Shown piece after piece: positions 11,800 to 24,574 of a stretch of DNA of 64,000 nucleotides (positions are counted from its first letter, which is position 1; each line of letters starts with the position of its first letter). The stretch comes from Eledone cirrhosa (taxonomy: Eukaryota), in contig OZ024740.1 in the NCBI GenBank assembly GCA_964016885.1, positions 383,036,001 to 383,100,000 of the forward strand, given 5' to 3'. Under the pieces are notes generated by a model, which saw nothing but the letters and a program-made list of their open reading frames with translations, did not search any database and was not told where the DNA came from. A program made the position numbers and the translations under genes.

Positions 11800-13170
11800 A
11801 GTTATCAATAGTCTAACTGTGTCATTGACATCTAACGAGGACTGCCAGAGATACCTAGTCATAGATTAGAATATATCCTATATTGGTATTTCTAACCAGG
11901 AACGCGTAACCAGGGAATAACACATTCGATTAAGCAAAATATGGCCATCTGAAATCTCTGCGCGCAATAAAACATTGGCACACAATGTGCCTGTTGTGCT
12001 TGTCTTAACACCAACTTCCGAAATATTCGATTGGGAGATAGATGCAATGCAATTTATCGATGTTAAACTCCAAAGATCCCCAAAAAAACATCAGGAATAT
12101 CCCCATTATTAGTGACAAAAACTGCCTTTACCTTAAACGTAAACAGGGAAGCAGAAGTCTAACATCAGTCCAGACAGCAGCTGAGTGTCGCATCCTATCA
12201 CTCCAACAATATGTACGAACCACCAGGCGTAGGAGCCCATCTATTGAGCAAGTTTCTCTAAATGAGACAGATAAGATCATGAGAGTTGGTATGGAGCTCC
12301 TTGAGATATACTTCCTGCATGAAAATCAAAAACTCTCATCCTAATAAATTGCCTGGCAATACCACTGCGAATCCAGGAATGAAAACTGCATGCTTATAAA
12401 TAAATAGCATGCATATGTATGTTACCACGAGGCTCCGAAATGAGAGCAATATAGATAAGAAAAATAGTCAATCTTGGAGTAAAAACCATTATATTGGCTC
12501 TCAAAGATTCTTGAAAGATTTTTTGGCAACCCAAGAACAGGATACTTTATTCACTGGGATGCAGGCATTACATCTACAGACAAATACAGACTGCATAATT
12601 AACATCGAAGACGTCACCCATGTCATGAGCAGCTGCCCCAAAATATTATTACGTTACTATCTACCTATGAGTCATGATGTAGTTGTCAAAGCACAATACA
12701 ATGCAATCCGTCGAAACGATAGTCCCGAAAATTAACTTGTTAAAAATTACAACAATGTAACATACATAATATGAAAAACAACTGGTGGAGTGTTTCAGTC
12801 AACACCCAAATAAAATGCAAGCATAACATAACTCATACAGTGATATGGTAGAGGGATAAAGATGCATGCACCGTAATGGACGTCAGCTGCACAGCAGTTG
12901 TCAATAAATAGCTAAAGATCTGTAAAAAAAAGGAACATTTATGCTGTAGTAATGAGGATTCTGCAGATAGGCCACACTGACAAAATCTTTAGATTTATAT
13001 CTGTGATCATTCGATCTCTTGGGTACGAGATCAACTGCCTCAATACAAAACCTCTGAAGCAGGGATTCACAGAACCAGAAAAATCAAAAATAGTTAGGAA
13101 GTTACAAGCACAATTCATTAATAAAATTGTAAAAATATGTAAAACATTCCCAGAATGCTACATGTAATAA
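11800..13170 (+). mobile_element. Old degenerate R4/Dong-like retrotransposon, 3' half (different family from 2866-7713)
   Basis: Fragments SDKNCLYLKRKQGSRSLTS (cf. SDVDRLYLRRSEGGRGL), ATQEQD and EDVTHVMSSCPK..YLPMSHDVVVK, plus a DVSC remnant. Confidence 0.75.
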
Positions 13171-13379
13171 CTGTATATACACATCTATAGATACAAAACA
13201 TATACATGTGTACACATATAACTCAAAGCATAGAGATACACACATACAATAAATTCCATACCTGCACACACATACACACACGCAGACATATTTACCTACC
13301 TTATGTTGTCTAAATGTCAATGAAACATTCTGTTGTCTATATTAGAAACTAGCGCTCTATTGGTAACAATTTATAAAAT

Positions 13380-13590
13380 AATAGCTTCCTATTTAGGCAC
13401 AAGGCCAACAACTTTGGGGGAAAAGGAAAGTCGATTAAATCGCCACCAGTGTATAATTGGTACTCTATTGACCCCGTAAGGATAAAAGGCATAACTAACC
13501 TCATTGGGATTTGAACTCACAACGTAAAGGGCCGTAATTAGATTCCACTAAGCTCGTTGTCCGACGCTCTACCGATACTACCAATCCACT
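13380..13590 (-). mobile_element. tRNA-derived SINE
   Basis: Reverse complement matches 51747-51934. Confidence 0.8.
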
Positions 13591-14294
13591 ATCATAAAAT
13601 AATTAAACCAGAAGAACATACACTCAGACACTCTCACATACACACACGGACACACACACATACACACACAGCAAAAATCCTGGTGGCAGTGGGAGAGAAA
13701 ACTCTAATCATTGAGACTATCATAGAAATTTAAAAACTGAAAATACAATTAAAGATTTTCAGCTAAACGAAAGTAAGCACGGAAGAAATTCCTGTTTCTT
13801 GAAAAAATGTTGACAATGCAATGTTTGTTACCATAATTGTTGCCGTCATCCTACCCAGGGAGAATCAGGAAATGAATCTCGAACAGATAGTGATATTTTC
13901 GTTGCCATGAGATGAGCACCACAGGTGTCTGAAACAATGAAATATTACGTCTTTCGTATTTCTGCTCTCGGAAAGTTTAGTAGAGACGGGAGCATATGAA
14001 ACTCTTTGATCGCCAACACTACTACGTCTTGACTTGAAGATTTATTTCTAACAAACTACAAGCCAATGAAGGACATATGATGGTGAGGTACTGTACTTGT
14101 AAATACCGTTAACGAAACTTCGACGAAAATATTCTCCTTTAAATTATAAATATATATGTATACACAATTACATGAATATATATATATATATAAGGGGCGA
14201 GTGGGGCTTGTGTGTGTGTGTATATATATATATATATGTACATGTGTATGTGTATATATGTATATATATATATATATAGAGAGAGAGTATATAT

Positions 14295-14487
14295 AATAAT
14301 TATTTCTACTTTAGGCACAAGGCCAGCAATTACCCAGTGCATTACTGGTACTTTATTTTATCGACCCCGTAAGGATGAAAGGCAAAGTCAACCTCGGCGG
14401 GATTTGAACTCAGATCGTAAAGGGACGTAACTATGCTGGAAAGCATGGCGGCCGACCCTCCACCGATACTGCCAATCCACCGCCCTT
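14295..14487 (-). mobile_element. tRNA-derived SINE, full-length
   Basis: Reverse complement has TGGCAGTATCGG (A-box-like), GAGTTCAAATCC (B box), GTTGACTTTGCCTTTCATCC central domain and tail GGCCTTGTGCCTAAAGTAGAAATAATTATT. Confidence 0.88.
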
Positions 14488-16259
14488 ATATATAGAGACG
14501 GGAGCATATATAATAATGAGTTCGGGTGTGCATGTGTTCATGTTTATACACGAATCACACTCACAGACATGTTAATGCTTCTCCACGAACGAGTAAGTTT
14601 TATAGTATATTTTATTCAATTGGATTATTGTAAATACCACCACCCAAGCAACACAAACATACTTACGTTGTTTTTATGGGAGGTTTGCGAATACGTTTAA
14701 TGACAGTGAACTGTTATTTGTTTACATATTACTAATAACAGCTTCGTATAGCTATTCATGAATTGATCATTCCTACTATAATATTCACTGAATATTGTCA
14801 GAGAATATATTTCAGAATATTACATCTTCTGTACGTTGTTTAAAACGTCTATAATCTCATTTCGTCGTTCTTTCGAAATGAGGTTTACCATGGATTTCTC
14901 TGTCGTGATATGAATCCAACTGGTATATAAATATAAACCATCCTTCTTGGCTACGATAAAAGGGTACACACTACATCTACATTCGATGATAACATGTTAT
15001 TGGAGATCAATCTTTATGTTTTGTTCATGTAAATTAAAAAAAAACATTTTTGTGACTAAATTATTTTTGAAAATATCTAAAAATTGACTGTATTGAATAT
15101 TGCAAAAATGTGTACTGGAATAGCCATATTTAATATATTTATTATGGCTTTGTGCTTATGTGAGTGTAGATATATATCTGTATATTTTGTTTTCTTATAT
15201 CATATGTTGTCTATAAGCACCTTTATACAAGACAATTCCGATGTGATCATGTGGGTTTTTGCCGTATAATGATGGTAACTTGCGGTTGCCGTGTCTCAAT
15301 TGGATGATTGTTGAACTTTAGAGTCTAGGTGATGTGTGAAGTGAGTTTCTCTAATAAAACTAGAAGAAGAAGCATATAGAGTAAAGATAGGAGAAAACAG
15401 CGAAATGACAATAAAAATAGAGAAAATGTTTTTCTTTTCTTTAAAATTGGGGTGGGGAGGGAATAACCCGCAGGTCATCTTACACTAAAATAAACGTATA
15501 TACCACGTATATAAATGTATGTCCATATCAATACTTTTGAAATATATAAAAGAAGAAATAAAAGAACAAGTCAATAGAAATATTGATAAGTAAAGAAACT
15601 AGTTAGAACGAAACGAAAGATAAAAGGAACTGCCATTGTGGGTTTAGTGTTTCTATTGATTTAAAGAGAAATATGGCATTATAATTGCTGAGGCTTGAGT
15701 GATATTGTGTGTGGTGAGCCAATATGAAAAGAGTGAATAATAACTAAAACATGACAATAATAGGAATGTAATATTTGATGCATATCATTGTTCCCCTACA
15801 CGTAACTAGAAAACGTAAATATATAATTAAAAAGTGAAATAAATGTTATAAACGTAACGTAATGGAATAGGAAACAAATCTAAATGTAGTGTCTACTACC
15901 ATTTCTAACGTTAGTAGCATATATGTTACCTAGTACATGTTACATAATTAAATTATTTATTTCTACACTTAGAATAATATTGGCCCAACTGATCATATTT
16001 GGATTTATGACTTGAGAGATTTTATATATTTTTATACATGTGTGTGCAAGTTAGTTAGTCCTCATCAACTGACTCTAGGACCCCCAAACCAAGTGAGAAA
16101 AAAGTTCCATTTGTAAAACAGTATTGTCTAAATAGATTGATTATTGAGTACCTTAAATAAATAAAACTCAATATGTGTTATTCATTTTATTGAGCCACTG
16201 ACATATGAGTAGAGACCAGCCACTTTACAGTAATATCATTGGCATTGATATTCATTTTC

Positions 16260-16292
<33 letters not shown>

Positions 16293-16401
16293 GTATATAT
16301 ATAGTGGTAGAACAGTGGAAGGTAATATCCGTAGTGGTAGAGCACTCAGTCCATGGGACGAGTTAGGTAGAAGTGGTTACACAACAGTTAGTTCACCATA
16401 C

Positions 16402-16439
16402 CGAGAACAATTGTTTCACCTTAGTGGATCTTCAGCTCG
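16402..16439 (-). ncRNA. Minimal type I hammerhead ribozyme in the Penelope pLTR
   Basis: Reverse complement cgag CTGAAGA tccactaaggt GAAA caatt GTT ctcg: stem I cgag/ctcg, intact core, stem II cc/gg, palindromic stem III AACAATTGTT. Confidence 0.85.
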
Positions 16440-17484
16440 TAATGGACATGGTTATACGGAACAGGAAGGACAACCGTACGAACGGGCATGCGCAGTAACC
16501 GGTCACTTCACACAGGCAATACTAAAATACGTGCGAGAGGTGTAAGGGAGATAACTGCGAACGTCCGAAAAGTTTTTAGTTGATAAGAAAATGATGATGT
16601 TGTAATGATTCAATCCGGAGCTTAGTAGTTATGCAAGAGGTGTTTCGAGACGTGTGGACAACGTATGAAAAATTCATTTCTCGTGGCAATCACTATTGGC
16701 AATCACTATTGCATAATCTCATTAGAGTATTTATTCGTTCATCAATACATAGTCCACACGACGGATATGCCCTTGCGTATGGTTTGGACTTAGTGATGGC
16801 TTTCATTGAATGGAGTAGTCTATACCTGAGTCCTTGAGGGACCGTACGAGGGACCATTACGTGCTCTTGCCGTAAGCCCGAAGCTTGTCCCCTTCAACAT
16901 AAATGCAACACACCCGCTGTAATTTATGAAGCTGTGGTCACTTCCAACTGACCAAACCAACCACAGGTGGTCAAATCCTATGTAGGCATGGCGGACGGCC
17001 GATTTATGGAAAGTTTCCTGAACCACCAGTCGACCTTTACGTACCCGGACATACGTTCATCCACGAAACTCCCGAGCCACATATGGTCCCGCAAGAACTC
17101 AGGTATAGACTACTCCTTTCAATGGAAAGCCATCACTAAGTCCAAGCCATACGCAAGGGGAAATCCGTCGTGTGGACTATGTATTGATGAACGAATAAAT
17201 ATTCTAAACAGATTATGCAATAGTGATTGCCTAAACAGAAGAAATGAATTTTTCACACGTTGTCCACACGTCTCGAAACACCTTTTGCATAACTACAAAG
17301 CTCCGGATTGAATCATTACAACAACATCATCGTTTTCTTATCTACTAAAAACTTTTCGAACTTTCGCAGTTATCTCCCTTACACCTCTCACACGCACTTT
17401 AGTATTGCCTGTGTGAAGTGACCGTTTTCTGCGCATGCCCGTTCGTACGGTTGTCCTTCCTATTCCGTATAATCATGTACATTA

Positions 17485-17522
17485 CGAGCTGAACATTCGC
17501 TAAGGTAAAACAATTGTTCTCG
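17485..17522 (+). ncRNA. Mutated copy of the same hammerhead
   Basis: cgag CTGAACA ttcgctaaggt AAAA caattGTT ctcg, with two conserved core G residues substituted. Confidence 0.7.
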
Positions 17523-17553
17523 GTATGGTTAACTAACTGTTGTGTAACCACTT

Positions 17554-17673
<120 letters not shown>

Positions 17674-18179
17674 ACAGGGAGAACGAGAAGATTATTAGAA
17701 AGAAACATTTTTTTTTTTCCTTTTTTATTTCTTTCTCTCTTTTTTCTGGGTTAGAAAATAATTAAAACGAAATGTTTTACTTTGTGTGAAGTGTTAAGGT
17801 AATTAGTTGATTTATTTATTAATTAACAATGGCATTTATTTATCATTTATATATTTAATAATTGTCTATTACCGGTTTCAGCATATATATATATATGTAA
17901 AAGGTAAACAGAACTAACAACACAATCGGTACAGTATATGGAAGGGATATATTAGGTTAATGCTTGATATAGCAGCAAGAGGGTCTGAACGTTTCGAACG
18001 CTATTCCTTCAACAGAAGAAAGAATGAAAAAAAGATAGATTGAGAGGACGGGCCGGATGGAATTGGAAAAAATGCTTTTAGATAAAAATAACAGGTCCAT
18101 TCATGTTGACATCTCTTGCAAAATACATACATATACATACATACATACATACATACATACATACATAAATACATACATG

Positions 18180-18778
18180 GTGGCTGCTAACTCGTTTTCG
18201 AGTACGGCCACTACTTTTTATCCATGTAGGAGAACCCCTACCGATGCGCTGAACGTGTGTGACATTTTAGTCCAGCCATCGACTTGAAAACTCTGGTACA
18301 AACACTACACTTGTGACAATTATTGACACATAGTACTCGGCCCATGGTACCATGTGACGACAAGTGCAGAGAGATCTCCAGATATAAAGCAATGCCTGTG
18401 CGGTGAATATTTTATAGTGAGCAAAGGCACTGCACAAAGCCAGTCCCACTCTCTTAACTAAGATGATATTTACCAAAAAGAATAACAAGTCAACATCATT
18501 GGATACCATCAGGGTGTTATATCAGAGTTTTCCTTCTCCTAGAATTCTGCCTTGACAAAGGCTAAGGGGTCATTTCTCCCAGTGATTTTGGATGGCCATT
18601 GACTCTTAAGAGCTCCTTTTCCCTTTGACAGGTTTTGTTTTTAGTCCTGCAGGATGTCCAAAGTCACCCTCCTCACCAAGAAAACTTGGTGGGGTTGCCA
18701 GTTTAGCCGCCAACGACCCGACCATGAGACAGGTTGTACTGGGATACATGTTACCAGTAGCACCAACTGGTGACCTGA
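18180..18778 (-). mobile_element. Probable 5' region of an RTE-type LINE inserted in a (TACA)n tract
   Basis: GC-richer block bounded by (TACA)n on both sides. AGAGTTTCCTTCTCCTAG...CAAAGGCTAAG resembles RTE 5' ends as I recall them. No protein motif. Confidence 0.4.
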
Positions 18779-18842
18779 CATACATACATACATACATACA
18801 TACATACATACATACATACATACATACATACATACACACACG

Positions 18843-18919
<77 letters not shown>

Positions 18920-19184
18920 TTAACTTGGGAATGTTGTATGATACCAAACAGATACAGCCTTCGAAATAATTATATGTCTAAGGATTTGGAAGTGTATGCG
19001 GCAGCTGTAAAATATATTAAAGGATTTTCTAATAAGAAATAGAATAATCCTTTCGTCGACGCTTACATGTATATATTGATTTAATTTAGAGAAGAAATCC
19101 CTTTAAAATTTCTCACTACTGAAAACGTGTCAACCTAGAACAAATCGAAGGTCGATAAGGGTCTTTTATACGTATTTTCATTAA

Positions 19185-19290
19185 TTGTTTCTATGTTTGG
19201 CACAAGGTCAGTGTATTACTGGTATTTTATTTTATCGAACCCGTAAGGATGAAAGGCAAAGTTAACCTCGGCGGGATTTGAATTCAGAAT
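19185..19290 (-). mobile_element. SINE fragment with internal deletion
   Basis: GGCACAAGG...TACTGGTATTTTATTT..CCCGTAAGGATGAAAGGCAAAGTTAACCTCGGCGGGATTTGAATTC. Confidence 0.8.
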
Positions 19291-19782
19291 AGATATTAGT
19301 AATGAGTAGATATTAGAATAGATATTAGAGTATTGCGACTGAAAAAGTTGACATTAACAATGAACATGATGGAAAACATTCGTGTGAATGGGTTTCAGTT
19401 TTAGAATGAGACATATATATATATTCTGCTACCAAATATTTAAATTTGTCTCAACATCAGGAGTAACTTAGTGAGCAACGCTTAATAGGTATGCAATTTC
19501 CGATTGCGGAAAGATTTCTGCCTTCGTGTTAATACACCAATAATTACTAAGATGGTGATTTAGATTTAATCAGCGTAGCAAATGTATTCCTACAGATACA
19601 ATGAAACATACATATGTTTCTATAATATAAATACATATTAAATGTAGCTATAAATTGATATACATACGTAAGGAACAGGTTCATCGTAAGATGGTGCTCT
19701 GCATTATGCCCAAGGACGTTATTAATTAGATAAGTGGAAGTAGATATATAAACGGTATATATATATATATATATATATACGA

Positions 19783-19830
<48 letters not shown>

Positions 19831-20227
19831 GTATTAGTATTGCTTCTCTTCAATAGCGATGTATATATGAATGTATGTATAGTGTATTTAGCAATATACT
19901 GTATGTTTAATTAAAACATTTTGAAGAACATTCGCTATGAGTTTTAAAGTGGTGACTATGTCACTTACTTATTTTCGGCAAAAACAAAGGGAGAGTAATC
20001 GACAGTTTGTTTCTCTCTTGTTAGCCGAAAATTATAGAAGCTGGACTGGCAATCGCTCTATTTAATAAGCTCTTAAATATTAATGGAATTCTATAAGAAT
20101 CCAACTTCTATAATTTTCGGCAAATGTACTATATATACATTCATGTAAACATCGTTATTTCAGAGCACGAATACTAATACCTAATTTTTGCTGCACCGGC
20201 AATCTCTATGTTTAATCAGCTCCATGT

Positions 20228-20352
20228 AGAAGGAGCAACGTGAAATAAAGTGTCTTGCTCAAGGACATAACGCATTGCCCGGTCGCTGAATCGAACTCAC
20301 AACCACAGGGTTGCGAATCCAATTCTCTAACAACTCAGTCACGCGCCTTCAC
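20228..20352 (-). mobile_element. Second tRNA-derived SINE family (CORE/V-type central motif)
   Basis: Reverse complement GAAGGCGCGTGACTGAGTTGTTAGAG..GAGTTCGATTC..TGTCCTTGAGCAAGACACTTTATTTCACGTTGCTCC. Confidence 0.8.
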
Positions 20353-20599
20353 AATTCATATATAACGTTCCATAAAACAACCTAATGAGGTTTGTGCTAA
20401 GACATTGGCTTCAACAGACAGCAAAGAAATTTCACTGAAATATATTTAAAGACAGTGGTCATGAATTAGCCGTCTCCTGGAAACGTGTACCTACTCGTAG
20501 CCATAATTGCAAAGAGCAAATATTTGAATGTAGTTGAATAATTTGGATAATTTGCACTTTTTCGATATGGTCCAATGGATTTCTTTCAAAATTCGAATT

Positions 20600-21350
20600 G
20601 TATGTGATGCGTTGGAGAAACTAAAATAGCGTATGTGAATTGAACATGGAATTAAATTAGAAAAACGAATTATGGACTACCATTCATTTGCCTTAATCTA
20701 TCTGACACCTGGATTACATATGTGCAACATATAAACATCCTTGTAAAATTTCATCAAAAATGCTTCAGAAAGATCTTCAATATATCTTTGAAATCTCTCA
20801 CTCCTGATAGAGCAGTTCTCAAGTTTGATAGACTCAAGGATTATGCTTAATCACGTAAGATGGTCAGCATACTATCGTCCTTCAGGTAACAGCATTCCTA
20901 AACAACTTTATTACGCTACAAATCAACGTAAATACATTGAAAACAAATCAAAGATAAATAAGTGTGCGAAAGACTTGATGAATGTAGTCGATATGCTGAA
21001 CTTTAAAAAGGTGCGCTAAAACAGGTTATGACCTGCCTTACTGAAAATAAGGTCCATAAACGTTTTTCTTGTTCACATAGTAATAAAAAATGCCTATGAA
21101 ATACAGGTCTGAGATTCCATTTATTGTCTGAGATTCCATTTAAGGTCCCATGTATATAGAAATGCTTACATGGGCCCTTAACACATTATTTACAAGAAAC
21201 CATTGCGTCGCCTTAAGAAAAAGATGATACCTGGAAGAAGACTTGGGCACCAGTATCCACAAACCTTGACTGCAAAATTTACGAAAAAATCTGTTCGCTT
21301 TCTGTCTGGATTGAAGAGACACGTACCGCTCACAGAAGAATCTGCACTAA
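20600..21350 (+). mobile_element. RTE (BovB-like) LINE relic, 3' end
   Basis: Translates to LVKFHQKCFRKIFNI and MLNHVRWSAY..SIPKQLYY, cf. RWAGHV.RM...RIPKQLLYG. Confidence 0.65.
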
Positions 21351-21424
21351 CAAGATGACTCTTGAGCCTTCATCAAGCTCCAGCCATCACAGACACGCAC
21401 GCACACGGACACCCCCATATATAT

Positions 21425-22097
21425 ATAAACTCATTTATTAAAAAAATCATTTGTTGTTACAGGTTTCTTCACAGTTATATGAAAAAAATATATAAAACAC
21501 AAACAAATATATCATATACAGAGGAAAAGGAAATAAAAATAAAAGAATGAGAAAAGAAACACACAAGCATATAATACCCACATCTATGACCCCTACCACA
21601 AAAGGCAGGCAAAAGAGCTGGACAAATGAGCAGCTACCAGCGCAAAGGATAACTATATCGTGAGGAGCACCTGCAGTTTTAACTCCCGTGAAATCGAGGC
21701 TGAGGTGTAGGACCCATCAAGCACCCTCACAGGCGTAACCACTCACCTCGGTCAGGCGATCCGCCCGTGAAGATAAGAAGCTCGCTGTCAGTAGTCCGAC
21801 TCCCCCAAACGTCTCGAAAGCCACTGCCTGGAAAATGTTGTTAGCCGACAGATCAGGGTATTTTAGAATGTTATTCTGTTCGGCTGCGGATGCAGTAGTT
21901 CACGCCCATACCACTGCATCCAGGATGTAGGAATAATTAAAAGAGTCCCAGATAAGGCGTCCAGATAAGGCACCTGCTTCTTGCCCAGGGGCACAGGGAA
22001 AGACCATCAGGTCTTTTCCCACCAATTCTGGACAACCCAGAGGACTCCGAAATTGAGGGGATGTTTGCCTGGGCATAGGACAGTGGTAATAGGACAG
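21425..22097 (-). mobile_element. CRE-like REL-endonuclease retrotransposon 3' fragment
   Basis: GLSRIGGKRPDGLSLCPWARSRCLIW and IFQAVAFETFGG. AATAAA then (TA)n at the 3' end. Confidence 0.75.
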
Positions 22098-22111
22098 TCC
22101 TATTACCACTG

Positions 22112-23930
22112 AAATCATTTAGTTGGTCGAGTGTGTGAGACCAAAGAATGAGACAATCATCCAAGTAGCGTTTCCAATTCTCTGATACATATTTGTGGAA
22201 GTTCAATCCCTATTTTGATTTGGACTGTTCATATATCTGGACTTCCAAGTATCCCATGACTAAGTTGGCATAAGTTGGAGTGACATTTGTACCCATCGCA
22301 GTCACCGATATTTGCTTGTAAGTACTGCCATCGAAATAAAAAAAGTTGTTCTGTAAAATAAATGTTAATCCTTCGGTGATGAAGCTTTTTTCCATTCTGT
22401 CAGGTATCTCATTGGGATATTTCTCTAGCCAGAATCCTATTTCTTCTAGTCCGTATTGGTATGGGATCTTTGTGTAGAGATTCACTACATCGAAAGACAC
22501 AATAAGAGTGTCGTTGTTGACATGTTTGGGGAGGTGGTTTAAGAGGTCCAGATCATCTCTTACAAGGCTAGGTATGTGTTTGAGACTCGGTTTTAGTAGT
22601 ATGTCTATAAAGTTGCTTAGTCTGTGTGTTTCACATTGTGAGCCCGCTACAATTGGTCTTAATTTAAGGTATGTGGGGTATTGTGTGTTCACGCAGGTTG
22701 AGGTGGATTGTTTACAGCCATCGTTTATTATTTTACACTTGTGGTTCTTAGGAAGTCCGTAAAGGTTGCTGATTTTGTATTCAAAATGTGTTAAATAATC
22801 ACATTCCTTTTTAGTAAGTCTTCCTGTTATGGACAAAGGAATGTGTTTAATATGGTCATCGTTTTTGATAGTTGGTAGTTTTTTTTTACTCTTTCATAGT
22901 AGTTAGTATCTTGTAAGAGAAAGAACATAGAATGTTTATATTGTTCAGCATCCATAATGACGACAGTACTTCCCTTATCCGCATCCTTAATTATAATGTC
23001 AGTATTGTTTTTTAGTTCATGGATAATCTCCCATTCCTTTCGACTCGTGTTGGGTTTGGGTTTAGGTTGCCGTAGTTCATGGTATGGGAAAGTTGCTATG
23101 TGGTCACAAAATTTGTCCAGAACTCATTTCCTACCCTTTGTTGGGTTGTAGCTACTTTTATTCCGTACAATTGATTGGTCGTTATTCTCCTTGTCAACAA
23201 ATTCCTCTGTGAGACGTAATTTTCTACAGAAGTGTGAGATATCGTCATTTATCTCATTGAGGTTAGAGTATTGTGGTGTTGGCGTGCATTTAAGTCCTTT
23301 GGAGAGAATTTTTACTTGTTGGGCTGAGAGGTTTGTATTTGAAAGGTTGATTATTTTCGGTTTTTCAAAATTGGTTTGTGCCTTGGTCTAACAAATGATC
23401 TTTCTTAATTTTTTTTCATGTGTATTATTATATCTAATGGCATTTCTCCTGTGGTTGTGTGGTCTTGTATAGAAATTTCGGACGTATTAAGGTTCTGTTT
23501 GTTGCGGGTCCGGGTTGTAGATTTTGTTCCTTTTTGTGGGTTGTGATTTACGATTTTGGAATAGGTTCAGTGTGGGTTGGCGTCTACAGTTTGGAATAGG
23601 TTTCGTGTGGGTTGTGATCTGCGCATCGGGTCCTGTCTTGTGTTGGGGGACATTCGTTTCTTTTAGTAGGATTTAAGTATTGTCTATGGGCTCTGGATTT
23701 ATCGTCATAGTTTTGCTGGGGGTATGCTGGACGTTTTAAGTAAAAAGAAATTCAAACACAAACTGGCGCGAAAGCTGATGTGCTTATTCACGTGAGTGTA
23801 TCAACCAACCAAACTTCACTCATATATGAAAAAGCAACCTGAGTCCCCCCTTTTTTTAAAGGCAAATATAATAAGAACTTTGTAACGCGAACTGGCGTCA
23901 AATGTATTATACTTATTCACCAACCAACCA
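22112..23930 (-). mobile_element. Penelope-like element (Neptune/Poseidon-type RT), 5' portion, degenerate; endonuclease missing
   Basis: IIIKDADKGSTVV, LYGLPKNHK, LRPIVAG, SFDVVNLYT, TAMGT..PTYANL and WKRYLDDC. Confidence 0.88.
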
Positions 23931-24042
23931 TTTTGTAAAAAAACTTTCTAATATATATATATATATATATATGAAAAGCACACTCGCACACACGTCTCTA
24001 ATTTAAAAATGCCGACAAACTCACGCACGCACACATAAACAC

Positions 24043-24424
24043 ACTGTCCTATTACCACTGTCCTATGCCCAGGCAAACATCCCCTCAATTTTGGAGTCTT
24101 CTGGGTTGTCCAGAATTGGTGGGAAAAGACCTGACGGACTTACCCTAATCCCCAGGACAAGAAGCAGGTGCTTTATCTGGACGCCTTATCTGGGACTCCT
24201 TTGCTTATTCCCACATCCTGGATGCAGTGGTATGGGCGAGAACTACTGCATCCGCAGCCTAACGGAATAAAATCCTAAAATACCCTGATCTGTGTGCTAA
24301 CAACATTTTCCAGGCAGTGGCATTCGAGACGTTTGGGGGAGTCGGACTACTGACAGAGAGATTCTTATCTTCACTGACGGATTGCCTGACCGAGGTGAAT
24401 AGTTACGCTTGTGAGGGTGCTTGA
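24043..24424 (+). mobile_element. CRE-like fragment, inverted partner of 21715-22097
   Basis: Reverse-complement match with an identical 5' breakpoint (ACTGTCCTATTACCACTGTCCTATGCCC). Confidence 0.85.
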
Positions 24425-24574
24425 TTTCATCTTTTTTGCTTATAAATATATATATATATATAATATATATATATATATGCGTATGTGTTTGTGTGTGGGT
24501 GTGTGCCTCCCTTTTTAAATTAGAGATGTGTGTATCCTTTTCCTTCCTTTCACACACACATATATTCACACAGA

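Larger units (their letters stand above)
16371..17553 (+). mobile_element. Penelope-like element 3' fragment (GIY-YIG plus pLTR) with an inverted pLTR copy at its 5' side
   Basis: 16860-17311 encodes CSCRKPEACPLQHKC..IYEA..SYVGMADGRF..CGLCIDE..LNRRNE..CPH. 16371-16846 is the diverged reverse complement of ~17082-17553. Confidence 0.9.
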
